Source: Eledone cirrhosa (taxonomy: Eukaryota). From it: 64,000 bases of DNA. The notes beneath the pieces were generated by a model. That model saw only the letters and a program-made list of their open reading frames with translations, was not told the origin of the DNA and searched no databases. Made by a program: the position numbers and the translations under genes. This document shows, piece after piece, positions 30,801 to 46,900 of the stretch. The stretch is from the NCBI GenBank assembly GCA_964016885.1, contig OZ024742.1, positions 373,054,001-373,118,000 on the forward strand, in the 5' to 3' direction. How positions within the stretch are numbered: the stretch's first letter is position 1; the number at the start of each line of letters is the position of its first letter.

Positions 30801-33800
30801 ATCTCATTCTATATAAACTGTAAATCTCATTCTATATAAACTGTAAATCTCATTGTATAAACTGTAAATCTCTTTCTATATAAACTGTAAATCTCATTCT
30901 ATATAAGCTGTAAATCTCATTCTATTAACTGTAAATCTCTTTCTATATAAACTGTAAATCTCATTCTATATAAACTGTATATATCATTCTATAAACTGTA
31001 AATCCCAGTCTATAAACTGTAAATCTCTTTCTATATAAACTGTAAATTTCTTTCTATATGAACTGTAAATCTCTTTCTATATAAACTGTAAATCTCATTC
31101 TATATAAGCTGTAAAACTCATTCTATGAACTGTAAATCTCTTTCTATATAAACTGTAAATCTCATTCTACATAAACTGTAAATCTCATTCTATAAACTGT
31201 AAATCTCTTTCTATATAAACTGTAAATCTCATTCTATATAAACTGTAAATCTCTTTCTATATAAACTGTAAATTTCATTCTATAAACTGTAAATCTCTTT
31301 CTATATAAACTGTAAATATCATTCTATATAAACTGTAAATCTCTTTCTATATAAACTGTAAATCCCATTCTATATAAACTGTGAATTTCATTCTATATAA
31401 ACTGTAAATCTCTTTCTATATAAACTGTAAATCTCATTCTATATAAACTGTAAATCTCATTCTATATAAACTGTAAATCTCATTCTATAAACTGTAAATC
31501 TCTTTCTATATCAACTGTAAATCTCATTCTATATAAGCCGTAAATCTCATTCTATTAACTGGAAATCTCTTTCTATAAACTGTAAATCTCTTTCTATATA
31601 AACTGTAAATCTCATTCTACATAAACTGTAAATCTCTTTCCATATAAACTGTAAATCTCATTCTATATAAACTGTAAATCTCATTCTATATAAACTGTAA
31701 ATCTCATTCTATATAAACTGTAAATCTCTTTCTAAATAAACTGTAAATCTCATTCTATATAAGCTGTAAATCTCATTCTATATGAACTGTAAATCTCATT
31801 CTATATAAACTGTAAATCTCTTTCTATATAAACTGTAAATCTCATTCTATATAAACTGTAAATCTCATTCTATAAACTGTAAATCTCTTTCTATATAAAC
31901 TGTAAATCTCATTCTATATAAACTGTAAATCTCATTCTATATAAACTGTAAATCGCATTCTGTATAAACTGTAAATCTCATTCTATAAACTGTAAATCTC
32001 ATTCTATATGAACTGTAAATCTCATTCTATAAATTGTAAAGCTCTTTCTATATACACTGTTAATCTCATTCTACATAAATTGTAAATCTCATTCTATATA
32101 AACTGTAAATCTCATTCTATAAACTGTAAATCTCTTTCTATATAAACTGTAAATCTCATTCTATATAAACTATAAATCTCATTCTATAAACTGTAAATCT
32201 CATTCTATATAAACTGTAAATCTCATTCTATAAACTGTAAATCTCTTTCTATATACACTGTTAATCTCATTCTATATAAACTGTCAATCTCATTCTATAT
32301 AAACTGTAAATCTAATTCTATATAAACTGTAAATCTCATTCTATATAAACTGTAAATCTCTTTCTATATAAACTGTAAATCTCATTCTATATAAACTGTA
32401 AATCCCATTCTATAAACTGTAAGTCTCTTTCTATATAACCTGTAAATCTCTTTCTATATAAACTGTAAATCTCATGCTATAAACTGTAAATCTCATTCTA
32501 TATAAACTGTAAATCTCTTTCTATATAAACTGTAAATCTGATTCTATATAAACTGTAAATCTCATTCTATATAAACTGTGAATCTCATTCTATATAAACT
32601 GTAATTCTCATTCTATATTAACTGTAAATCTCATTCTATAAACTGTGAATCTCATTCTATATAAACTGTAAATCTCATTCTATAAATTGTAAATCTCATT
32701 CTATGACCTGTAAATCTCTTTCTATATAAACTGTAAATCTCATTCTATATAAACTGTAAATCTCATTCTATAAACTGTAAATCTCTTTCTGTATAAACTG
32801 TAAATCTCATTCTATATAAACTGTAAATCTCTTTCTATATAAACTGTAAATTTCATTCTATACACTGTAAATATCTTTCTATATAAACTGTAAATCTCAT
32901 TCTATATAAACTGTAAATCTCTTTCCATATAAACTGTAAATCTCATTCTATATAAGCTGTAAATCTCATTCTATAAACTGTACATCTCTTTCTATATAAA
33001 CTGTAAATCCCATTCTATATAAACTGTATATATCATTCTATAAACTGTAAATCTCATTCTATAAACTGTAAATCTCTTTCTATATAAACTGTAAATCTCA
33101 TTCTATATAAACTGTAAATCTCTTTCTATATAAACTGTAAATCTCATTCTATATAAACTGTAAATCTCATTCTATATAAACTGTAAATCTCATTCTATAA
33201 ACTGTAAATCTCTTTCTATATAAACTATAAATCTCATTCTATATACACTGTATATATCATTCTATAAACTGTAAATCTCAGTCTATAAACTGTAAATCTC
33301 TTTCTATATAAACTGTAAATCTCTTTCTATATGAACTGTAAATCTCTTTCTATATAAACTGTTAATCTCATTCTATATAAGCTGTAAATCTCATTCTATG
33401 AACTGTAAATCTCTTTCTATATAAACTGTAAATCTCATTCTATATAAACTGTAAATCTCATTCTATAAACTGTAAATCTCTTTCTATATAAACTGTAAAT
33501 CTCATTCTATATAAACTGTAAATCTCCTTCTATATAAACTGTAAATTTCATTCTATAAACTGTAAATCTCTTTCTATATAAACTGTAAATCTCATTCTAT
33601 ATAAACTGTAAATCTCTTTCTATATAAACTGTAAATCTCATTCTATATAAACTGTGAATCTCATTCTATATAAACTGTAAATCTCTTTCTATATGAAATG
33701 TAAATCTCATTCTATATAAACTGTAAATCTCATTCTATATAAACTGTAAATCTCATTGTATAAACTGTAAATCTCTTTCTATATAAACTGTAAATCTCAT

Positions 33801-35250
33801 TCTATATAAGCTGTAAATCTCATTCTATTAACTGTAAATCTCTTTCTATATAAACTGTAAATCTCATTCTATATAAACTGTATATATCATTCTATAAACT
33901 GTAAATCCCAGTCTATAAACTGTAAATCTCTTTCTATATAAACTGTAAATCTCTTTCTATATGAACTGTAAATCTCTTTCTATATAAACTGTAAATCTCA
34001 TTCTATATAAGCTGTAAAACTCATTCTATGAACTGTAAATCTCTTTCTATATAAACTGTAAATCTCATTCTACATAAACTGTAAATCTCATTCTATAAAC
34101 TGTAAATCTCTTTCTATAGAAACTGTAAATCTCATTCTATATAAACTGTAAATCTCTTTCTATATAAACTGTAAATTTCATTCTATAAACTGTAAATCTC
34201 TTTCTATATAAACTGTAAATATCATTCTATATAAACTGTAAATCTCTTTCTATATAAACTGTAAATCCCATTCTATATAAACTGTGAATCTCATTCTATA
34301 TAAACTGTAAATCTCTTTCTATATAAACTGTAAATCTCATTCTATATAAACTGTAAATCTCATTCTATATAAACTGTAAATCTCATTCTATAAACTGTAA
34401 ATCTCTTTCTATATCAACTGTAAATCTCATTCTATATAAGCCGTAAATCTCATTCTATTAACTGGAAATCTCTTTCTATAAACTGTAAATCTCTTTCTAT
34501 ATAAACTGTAAATCTCATTCTACATAAACTGTAAATCTCTTTCTATATAAACTGTAAATCTCATTCTATATAAACTGTAAATCTCATTCTATATAAACTG
34601 TAAATCTCATTCTATATAAACTGTAAATCACTTTCTAAATAAACTGTAAATCTCATTCTATATAAGCTGTAAATCTCATTCTATATGAACTGTAAATCTC
34701 ATTCTATATAAACTGTAAATCTCTTTCTATATAAACTGTAAATCTCATTCTATATAAACTGTAAATCTCATTCTATAAACTGTAAATCTCTTTCTATATA
34801 AACTGTAAATCTCATTCTATATAAACTGTAAATCTCATTCTATATAAACTGTAAATCGCATTCTGTATAAACTGTAAATCTCATTCTATAAACTGTAAAT
34901 CTCATTCTATATGAACTGTAAATCTCATTCTATAAATTGTAAAGCTCTTTCTATATAAACTGTAAATCTCATTCTATATAAACTGTAAATCTCATTCTAT
35001 AAACTGTAAATCTCTTTCTATATAAACTGTAAATCTCATTCTATATAAACTGTAAATCTCATTCTATATAAACTGTAAATCTCATTCTATATAAACTGTA
35101 AATCTCATTCTATAAACTGTAAATCTCATTCTATATGAACTGTAAATCTCATTCTATGAATTGTAAAGCTCTTTCTATATACACTGTTAATCTCATTCTA
35201 CATAAACTGTAAATCTCATTCTATATAAACTGTAAATCTCTTTCTATATA
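24980..35250. repeat. Duplicated block ~24980-28070 repeated at ~32160-35250 (offset 7183 bp)
   Basis: ATGACCTG 25522/32705, AAGCCG 27257/34440 and ATGAATTGTAAAGC 27975/35158, all +7183. Confidence 0.85.
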
Positions 35251-38200
35251 AACTGTAAATCTCATTCTATGTAAACTGTAAATCTCATTCTATAAACTGT
35301 AAATCTCTTTCTATATAAACTGTAAATCTCATTCTATATAAACTGTAAATCTCATTCTATATAAACTGTAAATCTCATTCTATATAAACTGTAAATCTCA
35401 TTCTATTAAACTGTAAATCTCTTTCTATATACACTGTTAATCTCATTCTATATAAACTGTCAATCTCATTCTATATAAACTGTAAATCTCATTCTATATA
35501 AACTGTAAATCTCTTTCTATATAAACTGTAAATCTCATTCTATATAAACTGTAAATCTCATTCTATAAACTGTAAATCTCATTCTATATAAACTATAAAT
35601 CTCATTCTATAAACTGTAAATCTCATTCTATATAAACTGTAAATCTCATTCTATAAACTGTAAATCTCTTTCTATATACACTGTTAATCTCATTCTATAT
35701 AAACTGTCAATCTCATTCTATATAAACTGTAAATCTAATTCTATATAAACTGTAAACCTCATTCTATATAAACTGTAAATCTCTTTCTATATAAACTGTA
35801 AATCTCATTCTATATAAAATGTAAATCCCATACTATAAACTGTAAATCTCTTTCTATATAACCTGTAAATCTCTTTCTATATAAACTGTAAATCTCTTTC
35901 TATATGAACTGTAAATCTCTTTCTATATAAACTGTAAATCTCATTCTATATAAACTGTAAATCTCTTTCTATATAAACTGTAAATCTGATTCTATATAAA
36001 CTGTAAATCTCATTCTATATAAACTGTAAATCTCATTCTATATAAACTGTAAATCTCATTGTATAAACTGTAAATCTCTTTCTATATAAACTGTAAATCT
36101 CATTCTATATAAGCTGTAAATCTCATTCTATTAACTGTAAATCTCTTTCTATATAAACTGTAAATCTCATTCTATATAAACTGTATATATCATTCTATAA
36201 ACTGTAAATCCCAGTCTATAAACTGTAAATCTCTTTCTATATAAACTGTAAATCTCTTTCTATATGAACTGTAAATCTCTTTCTATATAAACTGTAAATC
36301 TCATTCTATATAAGCTGTAAAACTCATTCTATGAACTGTAAATCTCTTTCTATATAAACTGTAAATCTCATTCTACATAAACTGTAAATCTCGTTCTATA
36401 AACTGTAAATCTCTTTCTATAGAAACTGTAAATCTCATTCTATATAAACTGTAAATCTCTTTCTATATAAACTGTAAATTTCATTCTATAAACTGTAAAT
36501 CTCTTTCTATATAAACTGTAAATATCATTCTATATAAACTGTAAATCTCTTTCTATATAAACTGTAAATCCCATTCTATATAAACTGTGAATCTCATTCT
36601 ATATAAACTGTAAATCTCTTTCTATATAAACTGTAAATCTCATTCTATATAAACTGTAAATCTCATTCTATATAAACTGTAAATCTCATTCTATAAACTG
36701 TAAATCTCTTTCTATATCAACTGTAAATCTCATTCTATATAAGCCGTAAATCTCATTCTATTAACTGGAAATCTCTTTCTATAAACTGTAAATCTCTTTC
36801 TATATAAACTGTAAATCTCATTCTACATAAACTGTAAATCTCTTTCTATATAAACTGTAAATCTCATTCTATATAAACTGTAAATCTCATTCTATATAAA
36901 CTGTAAATCTCATTCTATATAAACTGTAAATCTCTTTCTAAATAAACTGTAAATCTCATTCTATATAAGCTGTAAATCTCATTCTATATGAACTGTAAAT
37001 CTCATTCTATATAAACTGTAAATCTCTTTCTATATAAACTGTAAATCTCATTCTATATAAACTGTAAATCTCATTCTATAAACTGTAAATCTCTTTCTAT
37101 ATAAACTGTAAATCTCATTCTATATAAACTGTAAATCTCATTCTATATAAACTGTAAATCGCATTCTGTATAAACTGTAAATCTCATTCTATAAACTGTA
37201 AATCTCATTCTATATGAACTGTAAATCTCATTCTATAAATTGTAAAGCTCTTTCTATATAAACTGTAAATCTCATTCTATATAAACTGTAAATCTCATTC
37301 TATAAACTGTAAATCTCTTTCTATATAAACTGTAAATCTCATTCTATATAAACTGTAAATCTCATTCTATATAAACTGTAAATCTCATTCTATATAAACT
37401 GTAAATCTCATTCTATAAACTGTAAATCTCATTCTATATGAACTGTAAATCTCATTCTATGAATTGTAAAGCTCTTTCTATATACACTGTTAATCTCATT
37501 CTACATAAACTGTAAATCTCATTCTATATAAACTGTAAATCTCTTTCTATATAAACTGTAAATCTCATTCTATGTAAACTGTAAATCTCATTCTATAAAC
37601 TGTAAATCTCATTCTATATAAACTGTAAATCTCATTCTATATAAACTGTAAATCTCATTCTATAAACTGTAAATCTCATTCTATATGAACTGTAAATCTC
37701 ATTCTATAAATTGTAAAGCTCTTTCTATATACACTGTTAATCTCATTCTACATAAATTGTAAATCTCATTCTATATAAACTGTAAATCTCATTCTATAAA
37801 CTGTAAATCTCTTTCTATATAAACTGTAAATCTCATTCTATATAAACTGTAAATCTCATTCTATATAAACTGTAAATCTCATTCTATATAAACTGTAAAT
37901 CTCATTCTATAAACTGTAAATCTCTTTCTATATACACTGTTAATCTCATTCTATATAAACTGTCAATCTCATTCTATATAAACTGTAAATCTCATTCTAT
38001 ATAAACTGTAAATCTCTTTCTATATAAACTGTAAATCTCATTCTATATAAACTGTAAATCTCATTCTATAAACTGTAAATCTCATTCTATATAAACTATA
38101 AATCTCATTCTATAAACTGTAAATCTCATTCTATATAAACTGTAAATCTCATTCTATAAACTGTAAATCTCTTTCTATATACACTGTTAATCTCATTCTA

Positions 38201-40900
38201 TATAAACTGTCAATCTCATTCTATATAAACTGTAAATCTAATTCTATATAAACTGTAAACCTCATTCTATATAAACTGTAAATCTCTTTCTATATAAACT
38301 GTAAATCTCATTCTATATAAAATGTAAATCCCATACTATAAACTGTAAATCTCTTTCTATATAACCTGTAAATCTCTTTCTATATAAACTGTAAATCTCT
38401 TTCTATATGAACTGTAAATCTCTTTCTATATAAACTGTAAATCTCATTCTATATAAACTGTAAATCTCTTTCTATATAAACTGTAAATCTGATTCTATAT
38501 AAACTGTAAATCTCATTCTATATAAACTGTAAATCTCATTCTATATAAACTGTAAATCTCATTGTATAAACTGTAAATCTCTTTCTATATAAACTGTAAA
38601 TCTCATTCTATATAAGCTGTAAATCTCATTCTATTAACTGTAAATCTCTTTCTATATAAACTGTAAATCTCATTCTATATAAACTGTATATATCATTCTA
38701 TAAACTGTAAATCCCAGTCTATAAACTGTAAATCTCTTTCTATATAAACTGTAAATTTCTTTCTATATGAACTGTAAATCTCTTTCTATATAAACTGTAA
38801 ATCTCATTCTATATAAGCTGTAAAACTCATTCTATGAACTGTAAATCTCTTTCTATATAAACTGTAAATCTCATTCTACATAAACTGTAAATCTCATTCT
38901 ATAAACTGTAAATCTCTTTCTATATAAACTGTAAATCTCATTCTATATAAACTGTAAATCTCTTTCTATATAAACTGTAAATTTCATTCTATAAACTGTA
39001 AATCTCTTTCTATATAAACTGTAAATATCATTCTATATAAACTGTAAATCTCTTTCTATATAAACTGTAAATCCCATTCTATATAAACTGTGAATTTCAT
39101 TCTATATAAACTGTAAATCTCTTTCTATATAAACTGTAAATCTCATTCTATATAAACTGTAAATCTCATTCTATATAAACTGTAAATCTCATTCTATAAA
39201 CTGTAAATCTCTTTCTATATCAACTGTAAATCTCATTCTATATAAGCCGTAAATCTCATTCTATTAACTGGAAATCTCTTTCTATAAACTGTAAATCTCT
39301 TTCTATATAAACTGTAAATCTCATTCTACATAAACTGTAAATCTCTTTCCATATAAACTGTAAATCTCATTCTATATAAACTGTAAATCTCATTCTATAT
39401 AAACTGTAAATCTCATTCTATATAAACTGTAAATCTCTTTCTAAATAAACTGTAAATCTCATTCTATATAAGCTGTAAATCTCATTCTATATGAACTGTA
39501 AATCTCATTCTATATAAACTGTAAATCTCTTTCTATATAAACTGTAAATCTCATTCTATATAAATTGTAAATCTCATTCTATAAACTGTAAATCTCTTTC
39601 TATATAAACTGTAAATCTCATTCTATATAAACTGTAAATCTCATTCTATATAAACTGTAAATCGCATTCTGTATAAACTGTAAATCTCATTCTATAAACT
39701 GTAAATCTCATTCTATATGAACTGTAAATCTCATTCTATAAATTGTAAAGCTCTTTCTATATAAACTGTAAATCTCATTCTATATAAACTGTAAATCTCA
39801 TTCTATAAACTGTAAATCTCTTTCTATATAAACTGTAAATCTCATTCTATATAAACTGTAAATCTCATTCTATATAAACTGTAAATCTCATTCTATATAA
39901 ACTGTAAATCTCATTCTATAAACTGTAAATCTCATTCTATATGAACTGTAAATCTCATTCTATGAATTGTAAAGCTCTTTCTATATACACTGTTAATCTC
40001 ATTCTACATAAACTGTAAATCTCATTCTATATAAACTGTAAATCTCATTCTATATAAACTGTAAATCTCTTTCTATATAAACTGTAAATCTCATTCTATG
40101 TAAACTGTAAATCTCATTCTATAAACTGTAAATCTCTTTCTATATAAACTGTAAATCTCATTCTATATAAACTGTAAATCTCATTCTATATAAACTGTAA
40201 ATCTCATTCTATATAAACTGTAAATCTCATTCTATAAACTGTAAATCTCATTCTATATGAACTGTAAATCTCATTCTATAAATTGTAAAGCTCTTTCTAT
40301 ATACACTGTTAATCTCATTCTACATAAATTGTAAATCTCATTCTATATAAACTGTAAATCTCATTCTATAAACTGTAAATCTCTTTCTATATAAACTGTA
40401 AATCTCATTCTATATAAACTGTAAATCTCATTCTATATAAACTGTAAATCTCATTCTATATAAACTGTAAATCTCATTCTATAAACTTTAAATCTCTTTC
40501 TATATACACTGTTAATCTCATTCTATATAAACTGTCAATCTCATTCTATATAAACTGTAAATCTCATTCTATATAAACTGTAAATCTCTTTCTATATAAA
40601 CTGTAAATCTCATTCTATATAAACTGTAAATCTCATTCTATAAACTGTAAATCTCATTCTATATAAACTATAAATCTCATTCTATAAACTGTAAATCTCA
40701 TTCTATATAAACTGTAAATCTCATTCTATAAACTGTAAATCTCTTTCTATATACACTGTTAATCTCATTCTATATAAACTGTCAATCTCATTCTATATAA
40801 ACTGTAAATCTAATTCTATATAAACTGTAAACCTCATTCTATATAAACTGTAAATCTCTTTCTATATAAACTGTAAATCTCATTCTATATAAAATGTAAA
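33700..40900. repeat. Three tandem copies of a ~2.3-2.5-kb higher-order unit
   Basis: CCCAGTC at 33911/36214/38717 and AAGCCG at 34440/36743/39246 (spacings 2303 and 2503). CCATACTA at 35831/38334 (+2503). Confidence 0.8.
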
Positions 40901-43900
40901 TCCCATTCTATAAACTGTAAATCTCTTTCTATATAACCTGTAAATCTCTTTCTATATAAACTGTAAATCTCATTCTACATAAACTGTAAATCTCTTTCTA
41001 TATAAACTGTAAATCTCATTCTACATAAACTGTAAATCTAATTCTATATAAACTGTAAATCTCATTCTATATAAACTGTAAATCTCTTTCTAAATAAACT
41101 GTAAATCTCATTCTATATAGACTGTGAATCTCATTCTATATAAACTGTAAATCTCACTCTATATAAACTGTAAATCTCATTCGATAAACTGTAAATCTCT
41201 TTTTATATAAACTGTAAATCTCATTCTATATAAACTGGAAATCTCTTTCTATAAACTGTAAATCTCATTCTATATAAACTGTAAATCTCATTCTATAAAC
41301 TGTAAATCTCATTCTATATAAACTATAAATCTCATTCTATAAACTGTAAATCTCATTCTATATAAACTGTAAATCTCATTCTATAAACTGTAAATCTCTT
41401 TCTATATACACTGTTAATCTCATTCTATATAAACTGTCAATCTCATTCTATATAAACTGTAAATCTAATTCTATATAAACTGTAAACCTCATTCTATATA
41501 AACTGTAAATCTCTTTCTATATAAACTGTAAATCTCATTCTATATAAAATGTAAATCCCATTCTATAAACTGTAAATCTCTTTCTATATAACCTGTAAAT
41601 CTCTTTCTATATAAACTGTAAATCTCATGCTATAAACTGTAAATCTCATTCTATATAAACTGTAAATCTCTTTCTATATAAACTGTAAATCTGATTCTAT
41701 ATAAACTGTAAATCTCATTCTATAAAAACTGTGAATCTCATTCTATATAAACTGTATATCTCATTCTATATAAACTGTAAATCTCATTAGATAAACTGTA
41801 AATCTCTTTTTATATAAACTGTAAATCTCATTCTGTATAAACTGGAAATCTCTTTCTATAAACTGTAAATCTCATTCTATAAACTGTAAATCTCTTTCTA
41901 TATAAACTGTAAATCTCATTCTATATAAACTGTAAATCTCATTCTATAAACTGTAAATCTCCTTCTATATAAACTGTAAATCTCATTCTATATAAACTGT
42001 AAATCTCTTTCTATATAAACTGTAAATCTCATTCTATAAACTGTAAATCTCTTTCTATATAAACTGTAAATCTCTTTCTATATAAACTGTAAATCTCATT
42101 CTATAAACTATAAATCTCTTTCTATATAAACTATAAATCTCATTCTACATAAACTGTAAATCTCATTCTATATAAACTGTAAATCTCATTCTATATAAAC
42201 TGTAAATCTCTTTCTAAATAAACTGTAAATCTTATTCTATATGAACTGTGAATCTCATTCTATATAAACTGTAAATCTCACTCTATATAAACTGTAAATC
42301 TCATTCGATAAACTGTAAATCTCTCTTTATATAAACTGTAAATCTCATTCTATATAAACTGGAAATCTCTTTCTATAAACTGTAAATCTCTTTCTCTAAA
42401 CTGTAAATCTGTTTCTATATAAACTGTAAATCTCATTCTATATAAACTGTAAATCTCATTCTATAAACTGTAAATCTCTTTCTATATAAACTGTAAATCT
42501 CATTCTATATAAACTGTAAATCTCTTTCTATATAAACTGTTAATCTCATTCTATATAAACTGTCAATCTCATTCTATATAAACTGTAAGTCTAATTCTAT
42601 ATAAACTGTAAATCTCTTTCTATATAAACTGTAAATCTCTTTCTATATAAACTGTAAATCTCATTCTATATAAAATGTAAATCCCATTCTATAAACTGTA
42701 AATCAGTTTCTATATAACCTGTAAATCTCTTTCTATATAAACTGTAAATCTCATGCTATAAACTGTAAATCTCATTCTATATAAACTGTAAATCTCTTTC
42801 TATATAAACTGTAAATCTGATTCTATATAAACTGTAAATCTCATTCTATATAAACTATGAATCTCATTCTATATAAACTGTATATCTCATTCTATATAAA
42901 CTGTAAATCTCATTCGATAAACTGTAAATCTCTTTTTATATAAACTGTAAATCTCATTCTATATGAACTGGAAATCTCTTTCTATAAACTGTAAATCTCA
43001 TTCTATGAACTGTAAATCTCTTTCTATATAAACTGTAAATCTCATTCTATATAAACTGTAAATCTCATTCTATAAACTGTAAATCTCCTTCTATATAAAC
43101 TATAAATCTCATTCTATATAAACTGTAAATCTCTTTCTATATAAACTGTAAATCTCATTCTATAAATTGTAAATCTCTTTCTATATAAACTGTAAATTCC
43201 ATTCTATATAAACTGTAAATCTCATTCTCTGAACTGTAAATCTATTTCTATATAAACTGTAAATCTCATGCTATATAAACTGTAAACTCTTTCTATATAA
43301 ACTGTAAATCTCATTCTATATAAACTGTAAATCTCTTTCTATATAAACTGTAAATCCCATTCTATAAACTGTAAATCTCTTTCTATATAACCTGTAAATC
43401 TCTTTCTATATAAACTGTAAATCTCATGCTATAAACTGTAAATCTCATTCTATAGAAACTGTAAATCTCTTTCTATATAAACTGTAAATCTCATTCTACA
43501 TAAACTGTAAATCTCTTTCTATATAAACTGTAAATCTCATTCTATATAAACTGTAAATCTCATTCTATATAAACTGTAAATCTCATTCTAAATATACTGT
43601 AAATCTCTTTCTAAATAAACTGTAAATATCATTCTATATAAACTGTAAATCTCATGCTATAAACTGTAAATCTCATTCTATATAAACTGTAAATCTCTTT
43701 CTATATAAACTCTGAATCTGATTCTATATAAACTGTAAATCTCATTCTCTATAAACTGTGAATCTCATTCTATATAAACTGTTTATCTCATTCTATATGA
43801 ACTGTAAATCTCATTCGATAAACTGTAAATCTGTTATTATATAAACTGTAAATCTCATTCTATATAAACTGTAAATCTCTTTCTATATAAACTGTAAATC

Positions 43901-46900
43901 TCATTCTATAAACTGTAAATCTCTTTCTATATAAACTGTAAATCTCATTCTATATAAACTGTAAATCTCATTCTATAAACTGTAAATCTCTTTCTATATA
44001 AACTGTAAATCTCATTCTACATAAACTGTAAATCTCTTTCTATATAAACTGTAAATCTCATTCTACATAAACTGTAAATCTCATTCTATATAAACTGTAA
44101 ATCTCATTCTATATAAACTGTAAATCTCTTTCTAAATAAACTGTAAATCTCATTCTATATAGACTGTGAATCTCATTCTATATAAACTGTAAATCTCACT
44201 CTATATAAACTGTAAATCTCATTCGATAAACTGTAAATCTCTTTTTATATAAACTGTAAATCTCATTCTATATAAACTGGAAATCTCTTTCTATAAACTG
44301 TAAATCTCATTCTATATAAACTGTAAATCTCATTCTATAAACTGTAAATCTCATTCTATATAAACTGTAAATCTCTTTCTATATAAACTGTAAATCCCAT
44401 TCTATAAACTGTAAATCTCTTTCTATATAACCTGTAAATCTCTTTCTATATAAACTGTAAATCTCATGCTATAAACTGTAAATCTCATTCTATATAAACT
44501 GTAAATCTCTTTCTATATAAACTGTAAATCTCATTCTACATAAACTGTAAATCTCTTTCTATATGAACTGTAAATCTCATTCTATATAAACTGTAAATCT
44601 CATTCTATATAAACTGTAAATCTCATTCTAAATATACTGTAAATCTCTTTCTAAATAAACTGTAAATATCATTCTATATAAACTGTAAATCTCATGCTAT
44701 AAACTGTAAATCTCATTCTATATAAACTGTAAATCTCTTTCTATATAAACTCTGAATCTGATTCTATATAAACTGTAAATCTCATTCTCTATAAACTGTG
44801 AATCTCATTCTATATAAACTGTATATCTCATTCTATATGAACTGTAAATCTCATTCGATAAACTGTAAATCTGTTTTTATATAAACTGTAAATCTCATTC
44901 TATATAAACTGTAAATCTCTTTCTATATAAACTGTAAATCTCATTCTATATAAACTGTAAATCTCTTTCTATATAAACTGTAAATCTCATTCTATATAAA
45001 ATGTAAATCCCATTCTATAAACTGTAAATCAGTTTCTATATAACCTGTAAATCTCTTTCTATATAAACTGTAAATCTCATGCTATAAACTGTAAATCTCA
45101 TTCTATATAAACTGTAAATCTCTTTCTATATAAACTGTAAATCTGATTCTATATAAACTGTAAATCTCATTCTATATAAACTATGAATCTCATTCTATAT
45201 AAACTGTATATCTCATTCTACATAAACTGTAAATCTCATTCGATAAACTGTAAATCTCTTTTTATATAAACTGTAAATCTCATTCTATATGAACTGGAAA
45301 TCTCTTTCTATAAACTGTAAATCTCATTCTATGAACTGTAAATCTCTTTCTATATAAACTGTAAATCTCATTCTATATAAACTGTAAATCTCATTCTATA
45401 AACTGTAAATCTCCTTCTATATAAACTATAAATCTCATTCTATATAAACTGTAAATCTCTTTCTATATAAACTGTAAATCTCATTCTATAAACTGTAAAT
45501 CTCTTTCTATATAAACTGTAAATTCCATTCTATATAAACTGTAAATCTCATTCTCTAAACTGTAAATCTATTTCTATATAAACTGTAAATCTCATGCTAT
45601 ATAAACTGTAAATCTCTTTCTATATGAACTGTAAATCTCATTCTATATAAACTGTAAATCTCTTTCTATATAAACTGTAAATCTCATTCTATATAAACTG
45701 TAAATCTCATTCTATAAACTGTAAATCTCTTTCTATATAAACTGTAAATCTCATTCTATATAAACTGTAAATCTCATTCTATATAAACTGTAAATCGCAT
45801 TCTATATAAACTGTAAATCTCATTCTATAAACTGTAAATCTCATTCTATATGAACTGTAAATCTCATTCTATTAATTGTAAAGCTCTTTCTATATAAACT
45901 GTAAATCTCATTCTATATAAACTGTAAATCTCATTCTATAAACTGTAAATCTCTTTCTATATGAACTGTAAATCTCATTCTATATAAACTGTAAATCTCA
46001 TTCTATATAAACTGTAAATCTCATTCTATATAAACTGTAAATCTCATTCTATAAACTGTAAATCTCATTCTATATGAACTGTAAATCTCATTCTATAAAT
46101 TGTAAAGCTCTTTCTATATACACTGTTAATCTCATTCTACATAAATTGTAAATCTCATTCTATATAAACTGTAAATCTCATTCTATAAACTGTAAATCTC
46201 TTTCTATATAAACTGTAAATCTCATTCTATATAAACTGTAAATCTCATTCTATATAAACTGTAAATCTCATTCTATATAAACTGTAAATCTCATTCTATA
46301 AACTGTAAATCTCTTTCTATATACACTGTTAATCTCATTCTATATAAACTGTCAATCTCATTCTATATAAACTGTAAATCTCATTCTATATAAACTGTAA
46401 ATCTCTTTCTATATAAACTGTAAATCTCATTCTATATAAACTGTAAATCTCATTCTATAAACTGTAAATCTCATTCTATATAAACTATAAATCTCATTCT
46501 ATAAACTGTAAATCTCATTCTATATAAACTGTAAATCTCATTCTATAAACTGTAAATCTCTTTCTATATACACTGTTAATCTCATTCTATATAAACTGTC
46601 AATCTCATTCTATATAAACTGTAAATCTAATTCTATATAAACTGTAAACCTCATTCTATATAAACTGTAAATCTCTTTCTATATAAACTGTAAATCTCAT
46701 TCTATATAAAATGTAAATCCCATTCTATAAACTGTAAATCTCTTTCTATATAACCTGTAAATCTCTTTCTATATAAACTGTAAATCTCATTCTATAAACT
46801 GTAAATCTCATTCTATATAAACTGTAAATCTCTTTCTATATAAACTGTAAATCTGATACTATATAAACTGTAAATCTCATTCTATATAAACTGTGAATCT

